The notes beneath the pieces were generated by a model that saw nothing but the letters and a program-made list of their open reading frames with translations, was not told the DNA's origin and made no database searches. From positions 480,001 through 544,000 of the forward strand of contig CBDCNQ010000004.1 of assembly GCA_965219445.1 (NCBI GenBank): a stretch of DNA of 64,000 bases. Direction: 5' to 3'. Below, piece after piece: positions 9,849 to 19,344 of this stretch. Origin of the DNA: Longimicrobiales bacterium. Its GTDB lineage: Bacteria; Gemmatimonadota; Gemmatimonadetes; Longimicrobiales; Gaopeijiaceae. The stretch's first letter is position 1. The number at the start of each line of letters is the position of its first letter. The translations under genes and the position numbers were made by a program.

Positions 9849-10592
9849 TTGGGCGACATCGAGATCATCGGACACCGCGGATACACGGCACGCGCTCCCG
9901 AAAACACCATCGCGTCCATCGAGGCTGCGCTGGCAGCCGGCGCGCGTGCAGTGGAGTTCGATGTCCAAGTGGCCTCCTGTGGCACGCCCGTGGTCATTCA
10001 TGACGACACGTTGGATCGCACAACCGACGGCGAGGGGCCGGTCTCGTGGCAAACGGTCGAGCAGTTGCGGAGGCTGGACGGGGGCGCCTGGTTCGATCCA
10101 GAATTCACCGGTGAAAGGATCCCCACCCTGACAGAAGCCCTCGATCATGCGGCCGACAGAGCGCACCACGTCTATCCCGAGGTGAAGGGGATCCGCGAAC
10201 CGTCTGATGTCGACCGTATGGTCCGGATGGTTCAGGACCGGGCGATGTCCGATCGCGCGACGTTCATCAGCATCGACTGGAGCATCCTCGCACGCGTTCG
10301 CGCGCGAGATGCGGCCATCCGTCTCGGGTTCATCGTGGTGTCCGCCGACCTGTTCGACGAAGCACTGTCACTCGCCACGGCTGATCCGGCCGCTATCCTC
10401 GACCTGAATCATGAAATCGTCCTGGATGAACCGTCAGTCGTACGGCGCGCGAAGGACGAGGGCGTCGATGTCGTGACCTGGACCGTCAACGAGCCCGACG
10501 AAGCGACCCAGCTGCGGCGCGCCGGGGTCACTGGCTTCACGACCGACCACGTGCACCGGCTTCTCGCGTGGGCCGGCCAGGAGTTGGAATAG
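9849..10592 (+). CDS. Glycerophosphodiester phosphodiesterase
   Basis: IIGHRG, APENT, VEFDV, IHDDTLDRTT, WTVN, TTD motifs. Start moved to TTG 9849 because the upstream ORF extension is not protein-like. Confidence 0.9.
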   Translation: MGDIEIIGHRGYTARAPENTIASIEAALAAGARAVEFDVQVASCGTPVVIHDDTLDRTTDGEGPVSWQTVEQLRRLDGGAWFDPEFTGERIPTLTEALDHAADRAHHVYPEVKGIREPSDVDRMVRMVQDRAMSDRATFISIDWSILARVRARDAAIRLGFIVVSADLFDEALSLATADPAAILDLNHEIVLDEPSVVRRAKDEGVDVVTWTVNEPDEATQLRRAGVTGFTTDHVHRLLAWAGQELE

Positions 10593-12241
10593 ATGACCCC
10601 TCCCCAGGAATTCAACCGGGCCGGGAGGCGCGATGCGCTCACCCGCCTCGGCCGGGACCACCTGGATTTGCTTATCGTCGGGGGAGGCATCACCGGCTGC
10701 GGCATCGCTCGGGACGCGGCCCTCCGCGGATGGGCGGTGGGGCTGGTGGAAAAAGAGGATTTCGCCTTCGGCACCTCGAGTCGTTCGTCGAAAATCGTGC
10801 ATGGCGGCGTCCGTTATCTAGAGTACGGACACTTTCTGCTGGTGAGGGAAGCGGCACAGGAGCGGGCGGTGTTGCAGACCATCGCCCCTCACCTGGTCCA
10901 TCCGCTCCCATTCGTCTTCCCGGTGTTTGGCGGCGAAAGTCTCCTGAAGATTCGGGCGGGCCTTACGGTCTTCGACTTCCTGGCCGCTTCGGAGGGCCTC
11001 GAGAGGCACGAAAACCTCTCTCCGGAGGAGGTGAGGGAGCAGCTTCCGGGACTTCGAGATCCACTCAAAGGAGCGGTGCGATACCCGGAATACATCACCG
11101 ACGACGCCCGACTCACGCTGGAGAACGCGCAGGCCGCCGCCGAGCACGGCGCGCTCGTCGTCAACCATGCGCGTGCCGAAGACTTGCGGATGAACGATGG
11201 GAGGGTCGCCGGATGCAGTGTGGTGGACCTCATCGAGAACCGGACGGTGGAAGTGTCGACCAGACTGATCGTCAACGCGACGGGTGCGTGGTCGGCCGGG
11301 CTCCTGGCTGAGGCCGGCTTCGACGCCGAGTTCTCGCTGCTCCCGAGCAAGGGGATCCACATCCTGCTCGCTGCGGATCGACTACCCATCAAGGGGGCAA
11401 CCTTTCTGCGTGCAACCAACGGAAAGAGGGGTCTCGCGATGCGGCGCCTCGATTTCGTTTACGTCGGCACTACCGACGATGAATACGACGGATCACTCGA
11501 CCGTCCTCGCGCGACACGCTCCGACGTGGACGAGGTGCTGAACATGGTCAGCGACTGCTTTCCCGAGCAGAGGCTCGGTTACGACGATATTCTCGCTACA
11601 TGGGCCGGTGTGCGTCCTCTGATTCGCGAAGAAGGCAAGAGTGCGCGTGATACGTCCCGCGAGGACGCCGTGTGGCACTCGCCCCCGGGGCTATCACCGT
11701 GGCTGGCGGAAAGCTCACGACGTACCGGCCGATGGCCCACCGGGTTCTCGAGATCGCCGACCCGGACCTCGGACCCGCACCCGGAGCCCCGGAGCGCACC
11801 GCGACCGTACCGCTTCCGGGCGCCGTTGTGGGTCCCGCCGGACTGGAGGCCTTCTATGCCGAGCGATCACGGGATCTCATCGAGGCGGGGGTCGCGCCGT
11901 CAGTCGTCGAACGCCTCTGTTGGCTGTACGGAAAGCAACTCGACGATCTGTTCGAGCTTGCCGCCGACGATCCGTCTTGGCTGGAGCCACTCCATCCTGG
12001 CGTGCCGGCGCTCAGGGGTGAGGTCCAATTGGCTGTGGACCGAGAGATGGCGCTCACACTCGTGGATTTCATGGACCGGCGAGCGGCGCTGCTGTTCTTC
12101 AGTCCGAACTTCGGGCTCGCGGGGGCCGAGGCCGCTGCAGACATCATGTCGGAAGCGTTGGGATGGGACGCGAATCGGAGGGCGCAAGAACTGGCGGAGT
12201 ACCGGGAGCTCGCCGCAGAGCACACTCTGCCCTCGACCTGA
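10593..12241 (+). pseudogene. glpD: FAD-dependent glycerol-3-phosphate dehydrogenase, frameshifted near 11691 (real lesion or assembly error)
   Basis: IVGGGITG, GTSSRSSKIVHGGVRYL, WAGVRPL, SRED in frame 1; ITVAGGKLTTYR and the C-terminal domain continue in ORF 11672..12241. Confidence 0.85.
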
Positions 12242-12283
12242 CGCTACACGCATCTCGCCGTAGCCCGCCCTGCCCCATCTTCA

Positions 12284-12339
12284 TTGAAGTCCCGGGGACA
12301 ATCCGCTACCATCGAACACGAGTTGAAAACGATTCTCAA
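12284..12339 (+). promoter_or_regulatory. Sigma70 promoter with downstream Fur-like box
   Basis: TTGAAG-17 nt-TACCAT (12284-12312), then palindrome TTGAAAACGATTCTCAA (12323-12339) resembling the 7-1-7 Fur box TGATAAT-N-ATTATCA. Confidence 0.65.
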
Positions 12340-12353
12340 TCGCGTTCGCTGAT

Positions 12354-13454
12354 ATGTCGGTAATCGACCTGGAAAATGTGGGTAAGCGCTATTGGCCCGG
12401 GCCTATTCAGGCCCTGTCCGACGTAACGCTCGACGTCCGTGAGGGTGAGATTCTCACGTTGTTGGGTCCCAGCGGATGTGGGAAGACCACGACCCTGAGA
12501 CTCATCGCCGGGTTCGAGGCTCCGGATGAGGGGACGATTCGCGTCCACAACGAGGCGGTTTCGGGCAACGGCGACTGGATTCCACCGGAAGACCGTGGGG
12601 TCGGCATGGTCTTTCAGGACTATGCCCTTTTCCCTCACCTATCGGTGGGAGAAAACGTCATGTTCGGGCTCCATGGGCGGCCAAAAATGACACGCCCCGG
12701 GCGCGCCAACGAGGTACTCGAGCTTCTCGACCTCTCTCACCACTTCGACCGATACCCTCATGAACTCTCCGGCGGGCAGCAGCAACGGGTGGCGCTCGCG
12801 CGAGCGATCGCCCCGGAGCCGGTCGTCGTGCTGATGGATGAGCCGTTCAGCAATCTGGACGCCCACCTCCGCGACAACGTGCGTGACGAGGTGGTCAGAA
12901 GCCTGAGGGCAGCCGGGGTCACCTGTATTCTGGTCAGTCATGACCAGCGGGACGCCCTGGCCGTCTCCGACCGCGTGGCGGTCATGAATCAGGGCAAAAT
13001 CGAACAGGTGGGAACGCCTTTGGAGATCTACAAGCATCCCGAATCGATCTTCGTGGCCACGTTCGTGGGCCGTACCAACCTGCTCCAAGGGCTCATCCAA
13101 GGCGTCGACGGGTGTGTGCTCACCGATTTCGGCACATTCTGCCGAGTGGATCGATCCGGGCTCCCGGACGGCGCACCCGTGATGGTCTCGGTACGGCCCG
13201 AGGGGTTCGCCCCCTCCGATCACGGCTTACTCCGGGGCTCGGTTACGTCCACGACCTATACGGGGAGTGCCGTCGAAGTAGAGGTTCGGCTGCCGACCGA
13301 GGCCGGAGGACACCGGACCATCACCGTGCACCTCCCGACGACCGAGAGCTATGGCCCCGGGGATGAGATTCAGCTTGGCATAGTCCCGGATTATGCCTCG
13401 GTCGTCCGAAATTCCTGCCAGTTGCTGGGATTCAGTCCGCAGTCGTCAGAGTAA
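12354..13454 (+). CDS. ABC transporter ATP-binding subunit, FbpC/PotA type (likely Fe3+)
   Basis: GPSGCGKT, MVFQDYALFPHL, LSGGQQQRVALARA, MDEPFSNLD, TOBE-like tail; upstream Fur-like box. Confidence 0.9.
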   Translation: MSVIDLENVGKRYWPGPIQALSDVTLDVREGEILTLLGPSGCGKTTTLRLIAGFEAPDEGTIRVHNEAVSGNGDWIPPEDRGVGMVFQDYALFPHLSVGENVMFGLHGRPKMTRPGRANEVLELLDLSHHFDRYPHELSGGQQQRVALARAIAPEPVVVLMDEPFSNLDAHLRDNVRDEVVRSLRAAGVTCILVSHDQRDALAVSDRVAVMNQGKIEQVGTPLEIYKHPESIFVATFVGRTNLLQGLIQGVDGCVLTDFGTFCRVDRSGLPDGAPVMVSVRPEGFAPSDHGLLRGSVTSTTYTGSAVEVEVRLPTEAGGHRTITVHLPTTESYGPGDEIQLGIVPDYASVVRNSCQLLGFSPQSSE

Positions 13455-15186
13455 ACGAAAAGGAGCTCCCCCGGCCGACCTCGGTCTCTACGTCGATCTC
13501 GGTGCCGTGGGCGTCAAGAATTCCCTTGACGATTGCGAGGCCCAGCCCAGCGCCCCGCAAGTTGGTCCCCTGTCCTCTCCAGAACCGATCGAACAGGTGC
13601 TCCTTCATTTCGGGCTCAATTCCCGGGCCCGTGTCCGAAACCGTCACCGATACGCCACGGGGAGCCTGCCCGGCGGCGACCGTAACCCGTCCGCCGGACG
13701 GCGTGAACTTCAGAGCATTGCCGATGAGGTTGGACATCACCTGAAGAACCCGATCACGGTCCGCTTCAACCGCCGGTAGTTCCTCCGGAACGCACACAAC
13801 GAGCTCGACCCCCTCCACATCGGCCCCGAGCCTCATCTGTGAACCGACCTCCTCGACCAGCTGGACGAGGTCCACGGGCTTGGTTCTGACCGAAAGCCGC
13901 CCGGCCTCGATCGTGGCTACATCCAAGAGATCCTGGATCAACCTGCCGATGCGATGGGCCGCCCTGCCGATAATCTCGAGATGCTCCTCGTACTTTTCTG
14001 GGGGCATCGGAACATCCCCCAATAGCTCGACCGCGGCCGAGATCGTACCGATGGGATTCCGAAGATCGTGGGATACGACCGCCAGCACCTCGTCCCGTGC
14101 TCTCACCGCCTCGTGAAGCGCCGCCTCGGCCGCGCGAATTTCGGTCATGTCGGTAAAGGTCAGGACGACGCCACGCACCTCCCGCACATCCATCATCGGA
14201 CTGACGATCAGCTGAACGGGGAAGGACGTCCCATCCTTGCGCCACAACACGTCATCCGTCACGCGCACGGTCTCACCGGAGGCCAACGCACCGTGAACCG
14301 GACATTCGCTTTCGGTATGCTCGAGGCCGTTGGCCCTGGTATGGTGGATCCGACGGTGTACGGGCTGCCCCCGGAGTTCGCCCCCGGAGTAACCGAGCAG
14401 TTTCGAGCCGGCTTCATTGAGAAAGGTGCAATTCCCGTCCTGATCAACACCGATCAGGCCGTCGGCCGTGCCCCCCAGAATCGAGCGCAGATCCCGACGC
14501 ACCGCCACGGTCTCGAGCCGCCGTTGCGTCTCACCCCGAGCGAGATTCTGGAGACTCACCCCGACGTACCCCATTCCGAGTGCTCCCAGGACGGCCAAGA
14601 CGATCGCACCCGACGTGACGCCCAGCTGCCACCTTCGTCGGGTCTGCAGCCGGCTGGCCGCCAAGCTCTCCTCGCGGATCAGCCGATCCTCGAAGGCCCG
14701 CACGGCGGACTGAACGGAATCGAAACGGGCACGGTCGTCTTCCATGCTCTCGCGAAACGCTACAGGATCCGTCGATAGGGGACCGGCCTCCATGAGTGGT
14801 GAGTGGAGCACCCGCCAGTCGCTGGCCCGAGACTCTACCTGGCTCAGCTCCACCCGGTAGGTCGGTGGCATGCCGCTGATCACCCGCCTCAGGTCGTCGA
14901 GAAGTTCAGCCTCCCGACTGAGATCCTCCTGATACAGGGCGATGAAACTCGAGTCGCCCGAATTCACGTACTGCTCGATTCGCATCATCTCCCGAGAGTG
15001 GACGAGCTGAATCTCGGGAAACATGGGGCGAGCCTGAGAGAACACGGTGAGTTCCCGCTCGAGCGCAGCCTCCTGCCGCGCGAGAAACGCCGGCACGAGA
15101 GCCAATGCGAGAAGCGCGAGGAAGGAAATGCCCAGGGCAGCGATCCACCGGGACCGCCCGACACGGGGGACAGCGCTGGAGTCCAT
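13432..15186 (-). CDS. Membrane PAS-domain sensor histidine kinase
   Basis: Two TM segments, PAS (WRKDGTSFPV), H-box SHDLRNP, NLIGNALKFT, DTGPGI, GAGLGL. Confidence 0.93.
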   Translation of the reverse strand: MDSSAVPRVGRSRWIAALGISFLALLALALVPAFLARQEAALERELTVFSQARPMFPEIQLVHSREMMRIEQYVNSGDSSFIALYQEDLSREAELLDDLRRVISGMPPTYRVELSQVESRASDWRVLHSPLMEAGPLSTDPVAFRESMEDDRARFDSVQSAVRAFEDRLIREESLAASRLQTRRRWQLGVTSGAIVLAVLGALGMGYVGVSLQNLARGETQRRLETVAVRRDLRSILGGTADGLIGVDQDGNCTFLNEAGSKLLGYSGGELRGQPVHRRIHHTRANGLEHTESECPVHGALASGETVRVTDDVLWRKDGTSFPVQLIVSPMMDVREVRGVVLTFTDMTEIRAAEAALHEAVRARDEVLAVVSHDLRNPIGTISAAVELLGDVPMPPEKYEEHLEIIGRAAHRIGRLIQDLLDVATIEAGRLSVRTKPVDLVQLVEEVGSQMRLGADVEGVELVVCVPEELPAVEADRDRVLQVMSNLIGNALKFTPSGGRVTVAAGQAPRGVSVTVSDTGPGIEPEMKEHLFDRFWRGQGTNLRGAGLGLAIVKGILDAHGTEIDVETEVGRGSSFSFTLTTAD

Positions 15187-15222
15187 GCTCCAAGCTAAGA
15201 AGGAAGCTCCAACTTCACGAGC

Positions 15223-15507
15223 TTAGTCTCCTAGCAGAGGCCTCTTCGCGTCCTTGGCACCGAGCGCAGCGCCGGTCCCGACACCGGTGCCGAAGGCGAT
15301 GGCCGTCCCCACGGTCACCAGTGGAAGCCAAGCCAGCGGAGACGCTACGACGGTCGCCGTGACCCCGGCCGCCACTCCGAGGTACGGCTTCTCCACGATG
15401 CTTGTAAACCGCAGTCGGCGTCCGACGAAACTCCGGGTTTTCGTATGCCCAACAATTCCCGCCGCCGCGGCGATACCCAGTCCAAGCAGCCCGAGCATAA
15501 TTCGCAT
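15223..15507 (-). CDS. Small hydrophobic Gly/Ala-rich membrane protein
   Basis: 94-aa ORF with hydrophobic segments, closely upstream of the kinase on the same strand. Confidence 0.6.
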   Translation of the reverse strand: MRIMLGLLGLGIAAAAGIVGHTKTRSFVGRRLRFTSIVEKPYLGVAAGVTATVVASPLAWLPLVTVGTAIAFGTGVGTGAALGAKDAKRPLLGD

Positions 15508-15712
15508 CCTCACATGAGAGTTCTTTTGGGCGCCCCGCCCCGGGGCAGAGCCCGCGCACCCCACGTTATTCTAAACCCTACGACGAGTTCTTTGGGTCCG
15601 TTTCGCGAGCAGGCTTTTTTCGTTGCGCCATACGTTTACCACAAATAGCGTTGAAGGAGAGCTCTCTTGAGCTCCTCAGCACATTTGTGATGACTCTATC
15701 AGGAAGCAAACG

Positions 15713-16351
15713 ATGAAGATTCTTCGTCTTGTGGTCATGATCATGGCCCTCACGGCACTCCCGCTTCAGGGGCAGCTGGAATTCTCCGGCGGGATGAACC
15801 TCTCCGAGTTGAACGGAGCACTGGGCGGCGCGGGTCTCCAAGACGCCGCAAACCGGGCCGGAATGGTCTTCGGCTTCGATGTCGTCCTTCCAGCCGGGGG
15901 TATAGGCCTCGGCCTCGGGGCCGATTGGTCGCAGAAAGGCGTCGAGGACATCATCACGGACCCGGGGACTCAACAGGAGGTCCTGCGACTCATCGACCTC
16001 GAATATATCCAAATACCCCTCCACGTTCGCGTGCCGGTGGTGTCCGCAGGACCCACGACGCTGAACCTCGTGCTCGGACCGACGTTCGGCTTCAGGACCG
16101 GCTGTAACGTCACTGAGGGCGCCGCCGCTATCGAGAAATGTGGCCAGATAGCCAATGGACCCAACTTCAAGAAAACGGACATCGGCGGCACGGCGGGAGT
16201 CGGCCTGAGCTTCGCCTTGGGCGGGATCGTCTACGCCGGGTTCGACGTGCGTTACACGACCGGGATGACTTCCATCAACAAGATCTCGACGGACGCGCTG
16301 AAGAACCGGACTCTCTCCCTCGAGACCCATCTGGGATTCGGGATTTTCTAG
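15713..16351 (+). CDS. Outer-membrane beta-barrel (porin/PorT-like) protein
   Basis: Signal peptide, alternating beta strands, LEYIQIPL motif, C-terminal aromatic residue (GFGIF). Confidence 0.8.
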   Translation: MKILRLVVMIMALTALPLQGQLEFSGGMNLSELNGALGGAGLQDAANRAGMVFGFDVVLPAGGIGLGLGADWSQKGVEDIITDPGTQQEVLRLIDLEYIQIPLHVRVPVVSAGPTTLNLVLGPTFGFRTGCNVTEGAAAIEKCGQIANGPNFKKTDIGGTAGVGLSFALGGIVYAGFDVRYTTGMTSINKISTDALKNRTLSLETHLGFGIF

Positions 16352-16356
16352 AGTCG

Positions 16357-18256
16357 ATCGGGATAGGGGAGGACCGGCGTTCCCGGTCCTTCCCCTCCCA
16401 CACCACCAGGCATGCGGGTCCGCACCTGGCGGTTCGGTGAGTTGAGGTCAGTACGGCGTGAGCCGGGGCACACCCAGCTCGTCGAAGTACGCCCCTGGCA
16501 AGGCCGTGTGCAGGGCGTGGTGCGCGGCCACGTGCCACCAGCTTCGCGCGAACCGAGCAGCTCGCCAGGCGAGGTTCTCGCTCACACCGCGAGCCCTCAA
16601 CTCCCGGTACGCTGTCCTTCCCCGTTTCCACTGGCGTAATTGCAACGTACGCAGCCGGCGGTGGATCCATTGGTCCAGGTCTCGGAAAACCCCCGGTGTA
16701 TCCGCTAAGCCGAAGTATGCCTTCCACCCCAGCACGTAGCGCCGTAGCTCTTCTGCCACCTGTTGCAGGCTCCGCCCGCCACTCCGGCTTGTAATCTGCC
16801 GGACTCGCTCCTTGAACTTCGTCAGGGCCTTCTTGCTGACCCGGCGCTTCACGACCTTCCCTGCCGCTACCCAGAAGCTGTAGCCCAGGAACTGTCGATC
16901 CCACACTCGCGCCACCGCGCTCTTTTCCTCGTTGACCTGAAGCCGAAGTTTCCCGTACAAGTGCCTCAGCGCCTGCATCACACGTTGTCCTGCCCGCCTC
17001 GACCGCACGTATACATTGCAGTCATCGGCGTACCGGACAAACGCGTGTCCGCGTAGCTCCAACTCCTTGTCCACTTCGTCCAGGAGCACGTTCGCCAGCA
17101 ACGGCGACAACGGTCCGCCCTGAGGCGTCCCCATGTGCCGCTCCATCACCACCCCGTTCGCCATGACTCCGGCCTGTAGGTAGCGACGGAGGATCCGCAG
17201 CATCGCCTTATCCTCGATCCGCTTTGCCAGCCGCCCCATCAGCACGTCGTGGTTCACCCGGTCGAAAAACTTCTCCAGGTCCACATCCACCACCCATCGT
17301 CTCCCTTCCTGGATGTATTGCTGCGCTTCGCGCACCGCATCGTGTGCTCGGCGCCCAGGCCGGAAGCCGTGGCTGTGCCGACTGAACGTCGGGTCGAACC
17401 TCGGTTGCAGCACCTGCAGGATGGCTTGTTGGATGAACCGGTCCAGCACGGTCGGAATCCCCAACTCCCGGACCCCTCCCCCACTCTTCGGTATCTCCTG
17501 CCTTCGTACCGGCTTCGGTTGGTAGGTCCCCGCCAGCAACCGCTGTCGGATCTCCCCCCAGTGCCTGCGCAAGTACTCTGGCAGCTCCTCCACGTTCATC
17601 CCGTCGATGCCCGGACTGCCCTTATTCTGCCGCACGCGTTTCAACGCTCCTACGAGGTTGGCACGCCCGACCACCTCCTGCATCAGGAGATGCTCGCTTC
17701 CTGAGCGCTCGTCTCCATGGGCCACCGTTCCGGCTTCGCCACTCCCCTCTACCTTCGGGGCTTCACCCCTATCCTCCAGTGGGAGCCCCAGTTGCCTGGA
17801 CTCCTGGCGCATGGCCTTGCCGAGGTCCACGGTCGTCACGCTCTCCTCTCCGTTCGGCCCTTCGTCCGACAAAGCTGGGTCCAAGCGCATCATGCACTTC
17901 GTCGGCCTACTATGGCCTCTGCTGACTTCTCGCTCCGCCGGCAGGCCCAACAGCGCAGTGCCGGCGTCACCCTTTCAGGCGTCAGGCGAGACCTCCCCGG
18001 GTAAGAACGATGACCTTCCCCGCACAATCGCCGGATCTACGCCGCTTCCCCTTGGTCGCAGGAGCTTCGCGGTCAGTGGTCCGCTCGCCCCGGTCCGCAG
18101 CGCCTCGTATCCGGTTCCTGTTCGTCGACTCACGGGTTCGTTTCACGCTTCGTTCAGCGTACGCCTCACGACGAACGCCTTGCGCTTCCCTTCGGTCCCT
18201 GCGACCAGGTTCCGGGAGGACTTTCACCTCCAAGTCATCGCCCATGCCGGGCCCAC
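16357..18256 (-). mobile_element. Group II intron, class IIC
   Basis: 5' end GTGGGCCCGGCATGGG; domain V AACCGCCAGGTGCGGACCCGCATGCCTGGTGGTGT with CGC triad; domain VI ending CCTATCCCGAT; RT ORF inside; stem-loop just upstream of the 5' junction. Confidence 0.92.
16448..17812 (-). CDS. ltrA: Group II intron reverse transcriptase/maturase without endonuclease domain (start uncertain; frame open to 17950)
   Basis: GSPGIDG, RELGIPTVLDRFIQQA, DLEKFFD, GTPQGGPLSPLLAN, RYADD, FLGY, GWKAYF; no C-terminal HNH domain. Confidence 0.95.
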   Translation of the reverse strand: MRQESRQLGLPLEDRGEAPKVEGSGEAGTVAHGDERSGSEHLLMQEVVGRANLVGALKRVRQNKGSPGIDGMNVEELPEYLRRHWGEIRQRLLAGTYQPKPVRRQEIPKSGGGVRELGIPTVLDRFIQQAILQVLQPRFDPTFSRHSHGFRPGRRAHDAVREAQQYIQEGRRWVVDVDLEKFFDRVNHDVLMGRLAKRIEDKAMLRILRRYLQAGVMANGVVMERHMGTPQGGPLSPLLANVLLDEVDKELELRGHAFVRYADDCNVYVRSRRAGQRVMQALRHLYGKLRLQVNEEKSAVARVWDRQFLGYSFWVAAGKVVKRRVSKKALTKFKERVRQITSRSGGRSLQQVAEELRRYVLGWKAYFGLADTPGVFRDLDQWIHRRLRTLQLRQWKRGRTAYRELRARGVSENLAWRAARFARSWWHVAAHHALHTALPGAYFDELGVPRLTPY

Positions 18257-18260
18257 CACC

Positions 18261-18300
18261 ACAGGCGGTCGGCCGGGGCGGGAGCCCCGGACGACCCTGT
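18261..18300. terminator. GC-rich stem-loop at the intron target site
   Basis: ACAGG(C)GGTCG-G-CCGGGGC...GCCCCGG-A-CGACCCTGT imperfect hairpin, 4 nt from the intron 5' end. Confidence 0.6.
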
Positions 18301-18389
18301 CGGCCCTACATTTCCTCCCACCAAATACCGCACGCCGGCTCGAAGTGGCTATATTGAGCAGCCCCCCTCCAGCTGTGGAGGAGCGGTCT

Positions 18390-18605
18390 ATGCGGATGTC
18401 CTTTGACGAACTGTTCCGACAAGACCCTGACGGCATCATCTCTCCGAGACTTCCCGTACACATCAATGGTGTCACCATGCGTCCGGGCGTTGACCTTGGC
18501 GGAGGTGTCAGTTTTGGTGAGGTCGATCTCACACCGTTCGTGGGTAACGACCTCGACGTCGAAATCCAAGACGACGTCCACGTGATAAGGGGAATCTACC
18601 ACTAG
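18390..18605 (+). CDS. Hypothetical 71-aa protein
   Basis: GGAGGAG RBS before ATG; MRMSFDELFRQDPDG...VIRGIYH has globular, beta-rich composition. Confidence 0.6.
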   Translation: MRMSFDELFRQDPDGIISPRLPVHINGVTMRPGVDLGGGVSFGEVDLTPFVGNDLDVEIQDDVHVIRGIYH

Positions 18606-18675
18606 TCCCGCCGCCGAGTTTTGCCTATGCGCTCGTAGGCGGCTACGGAGGAGACGAGATGCTAATGCGGCGAAG

Positions 18676-18969
18676 CTAGGGGTGATGATCGGGATCGGCG
18701 ATGTGACGTTTGGGTCCCACGTCCTCTCCGAGGTCATCCGGATTAGTGACGATCTGTTGGACCTGCTGAACCACTCTACGCGCCCTCAGAAGACGACCGG
18801 CGACACGGTTAACGAAGGCGATCAATCCCATGGCACCGACGACCAAACCGACGAAATTGTTGAGCGCGAATAACAACACGACAGCGACGATCAACCACCG
18901 CCATCGAGCCTCTACCCAATCCACTACGATTGCCTTCCAGTCCCGTGATTCCTCACCTGAGGTTGTCAT
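18676..18969 (-). CDS. Hypothetical membrane protein
   Basis: GGGAG RBS; two hydrophobic segments. Confidence 0.55.
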   Translation of the reverse strand: MTTSGEESRDWKAIVVDWVEARWRWLIVAVVLLFALNNFVGLVVGAMGLIAFVNRVAGRLLRARRVVQQVQQIVTNPDDLGEDVGPKRHIADPDHHP

Positions 18970-19003
18970 GATCTTGGGCTCACTCCCGTATTAGAGCCGA
19001 CGA

Positions 19004-19111
19004 TCACCACGCCTTGCGCGAACCTGTCGCCATGCCGCCCTCGCCCAATTCACACTCGATGGCGTAGCGGCCTTCGAGGGCAGCGTGGAGGCGGGAGACG
19101 GCATCGGACAT
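19004..19111 (-). pseudogene. N-terminal fragment of a Hanks-type Ser/Thr protein kinase
   Basis: Translates to MSDAVSRLHAALEGRYAIECELGEGGMAT, i.e. kinase subdomain I (RYxIxxELGxGGMATVY), then diverges and stops. Confidence 0.75.
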
Positions 19112-19344
19112 GGAGGACAAGATGCGTCTATAGTGTGCAAAGCTGCAAGCCGACCACTCCGAGGGGCACCTGACTGGCGCCTCGGCTCGAACCTGTGACC
19201 TCTTTCTTAATGGGCGGTGGTCGTCGTGGCGTGAACCACGCAGGCCAACACAGTTGGGGACCAGTGGATTGGAGTTTTTGGGAATTCCGCACGAACGTCT
19301 ACCAGCTATCCAATACCTGTTCCGCGCTGCTGCTTGGGGTCTCG

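Noticed and set aside
11681..11693. Programmed -1 frameshift at C CCG GGG in glpD
   Set aside because: A G-rich heptamer is a poor slippery site; a one-base loss in a Leu codon explains the consensus better
18257..18310. Integron attC site as the intron target
   Set aside because: No RYYYAAC/GTTRRRY cores and no integron integrase or cassette array
17607..18605. 332-aa plus-strand ORF
   Set aside because: Mostly antisense to intron domains I-IV; only the last 71 codons have their own RBS and look coding
19165..19260. ZTP riboswitch suggested by TGACTGGCG
   Set aside because: The downstream GCCTGGGC pseudoknot hairpin and a purine/folate gene context are missing
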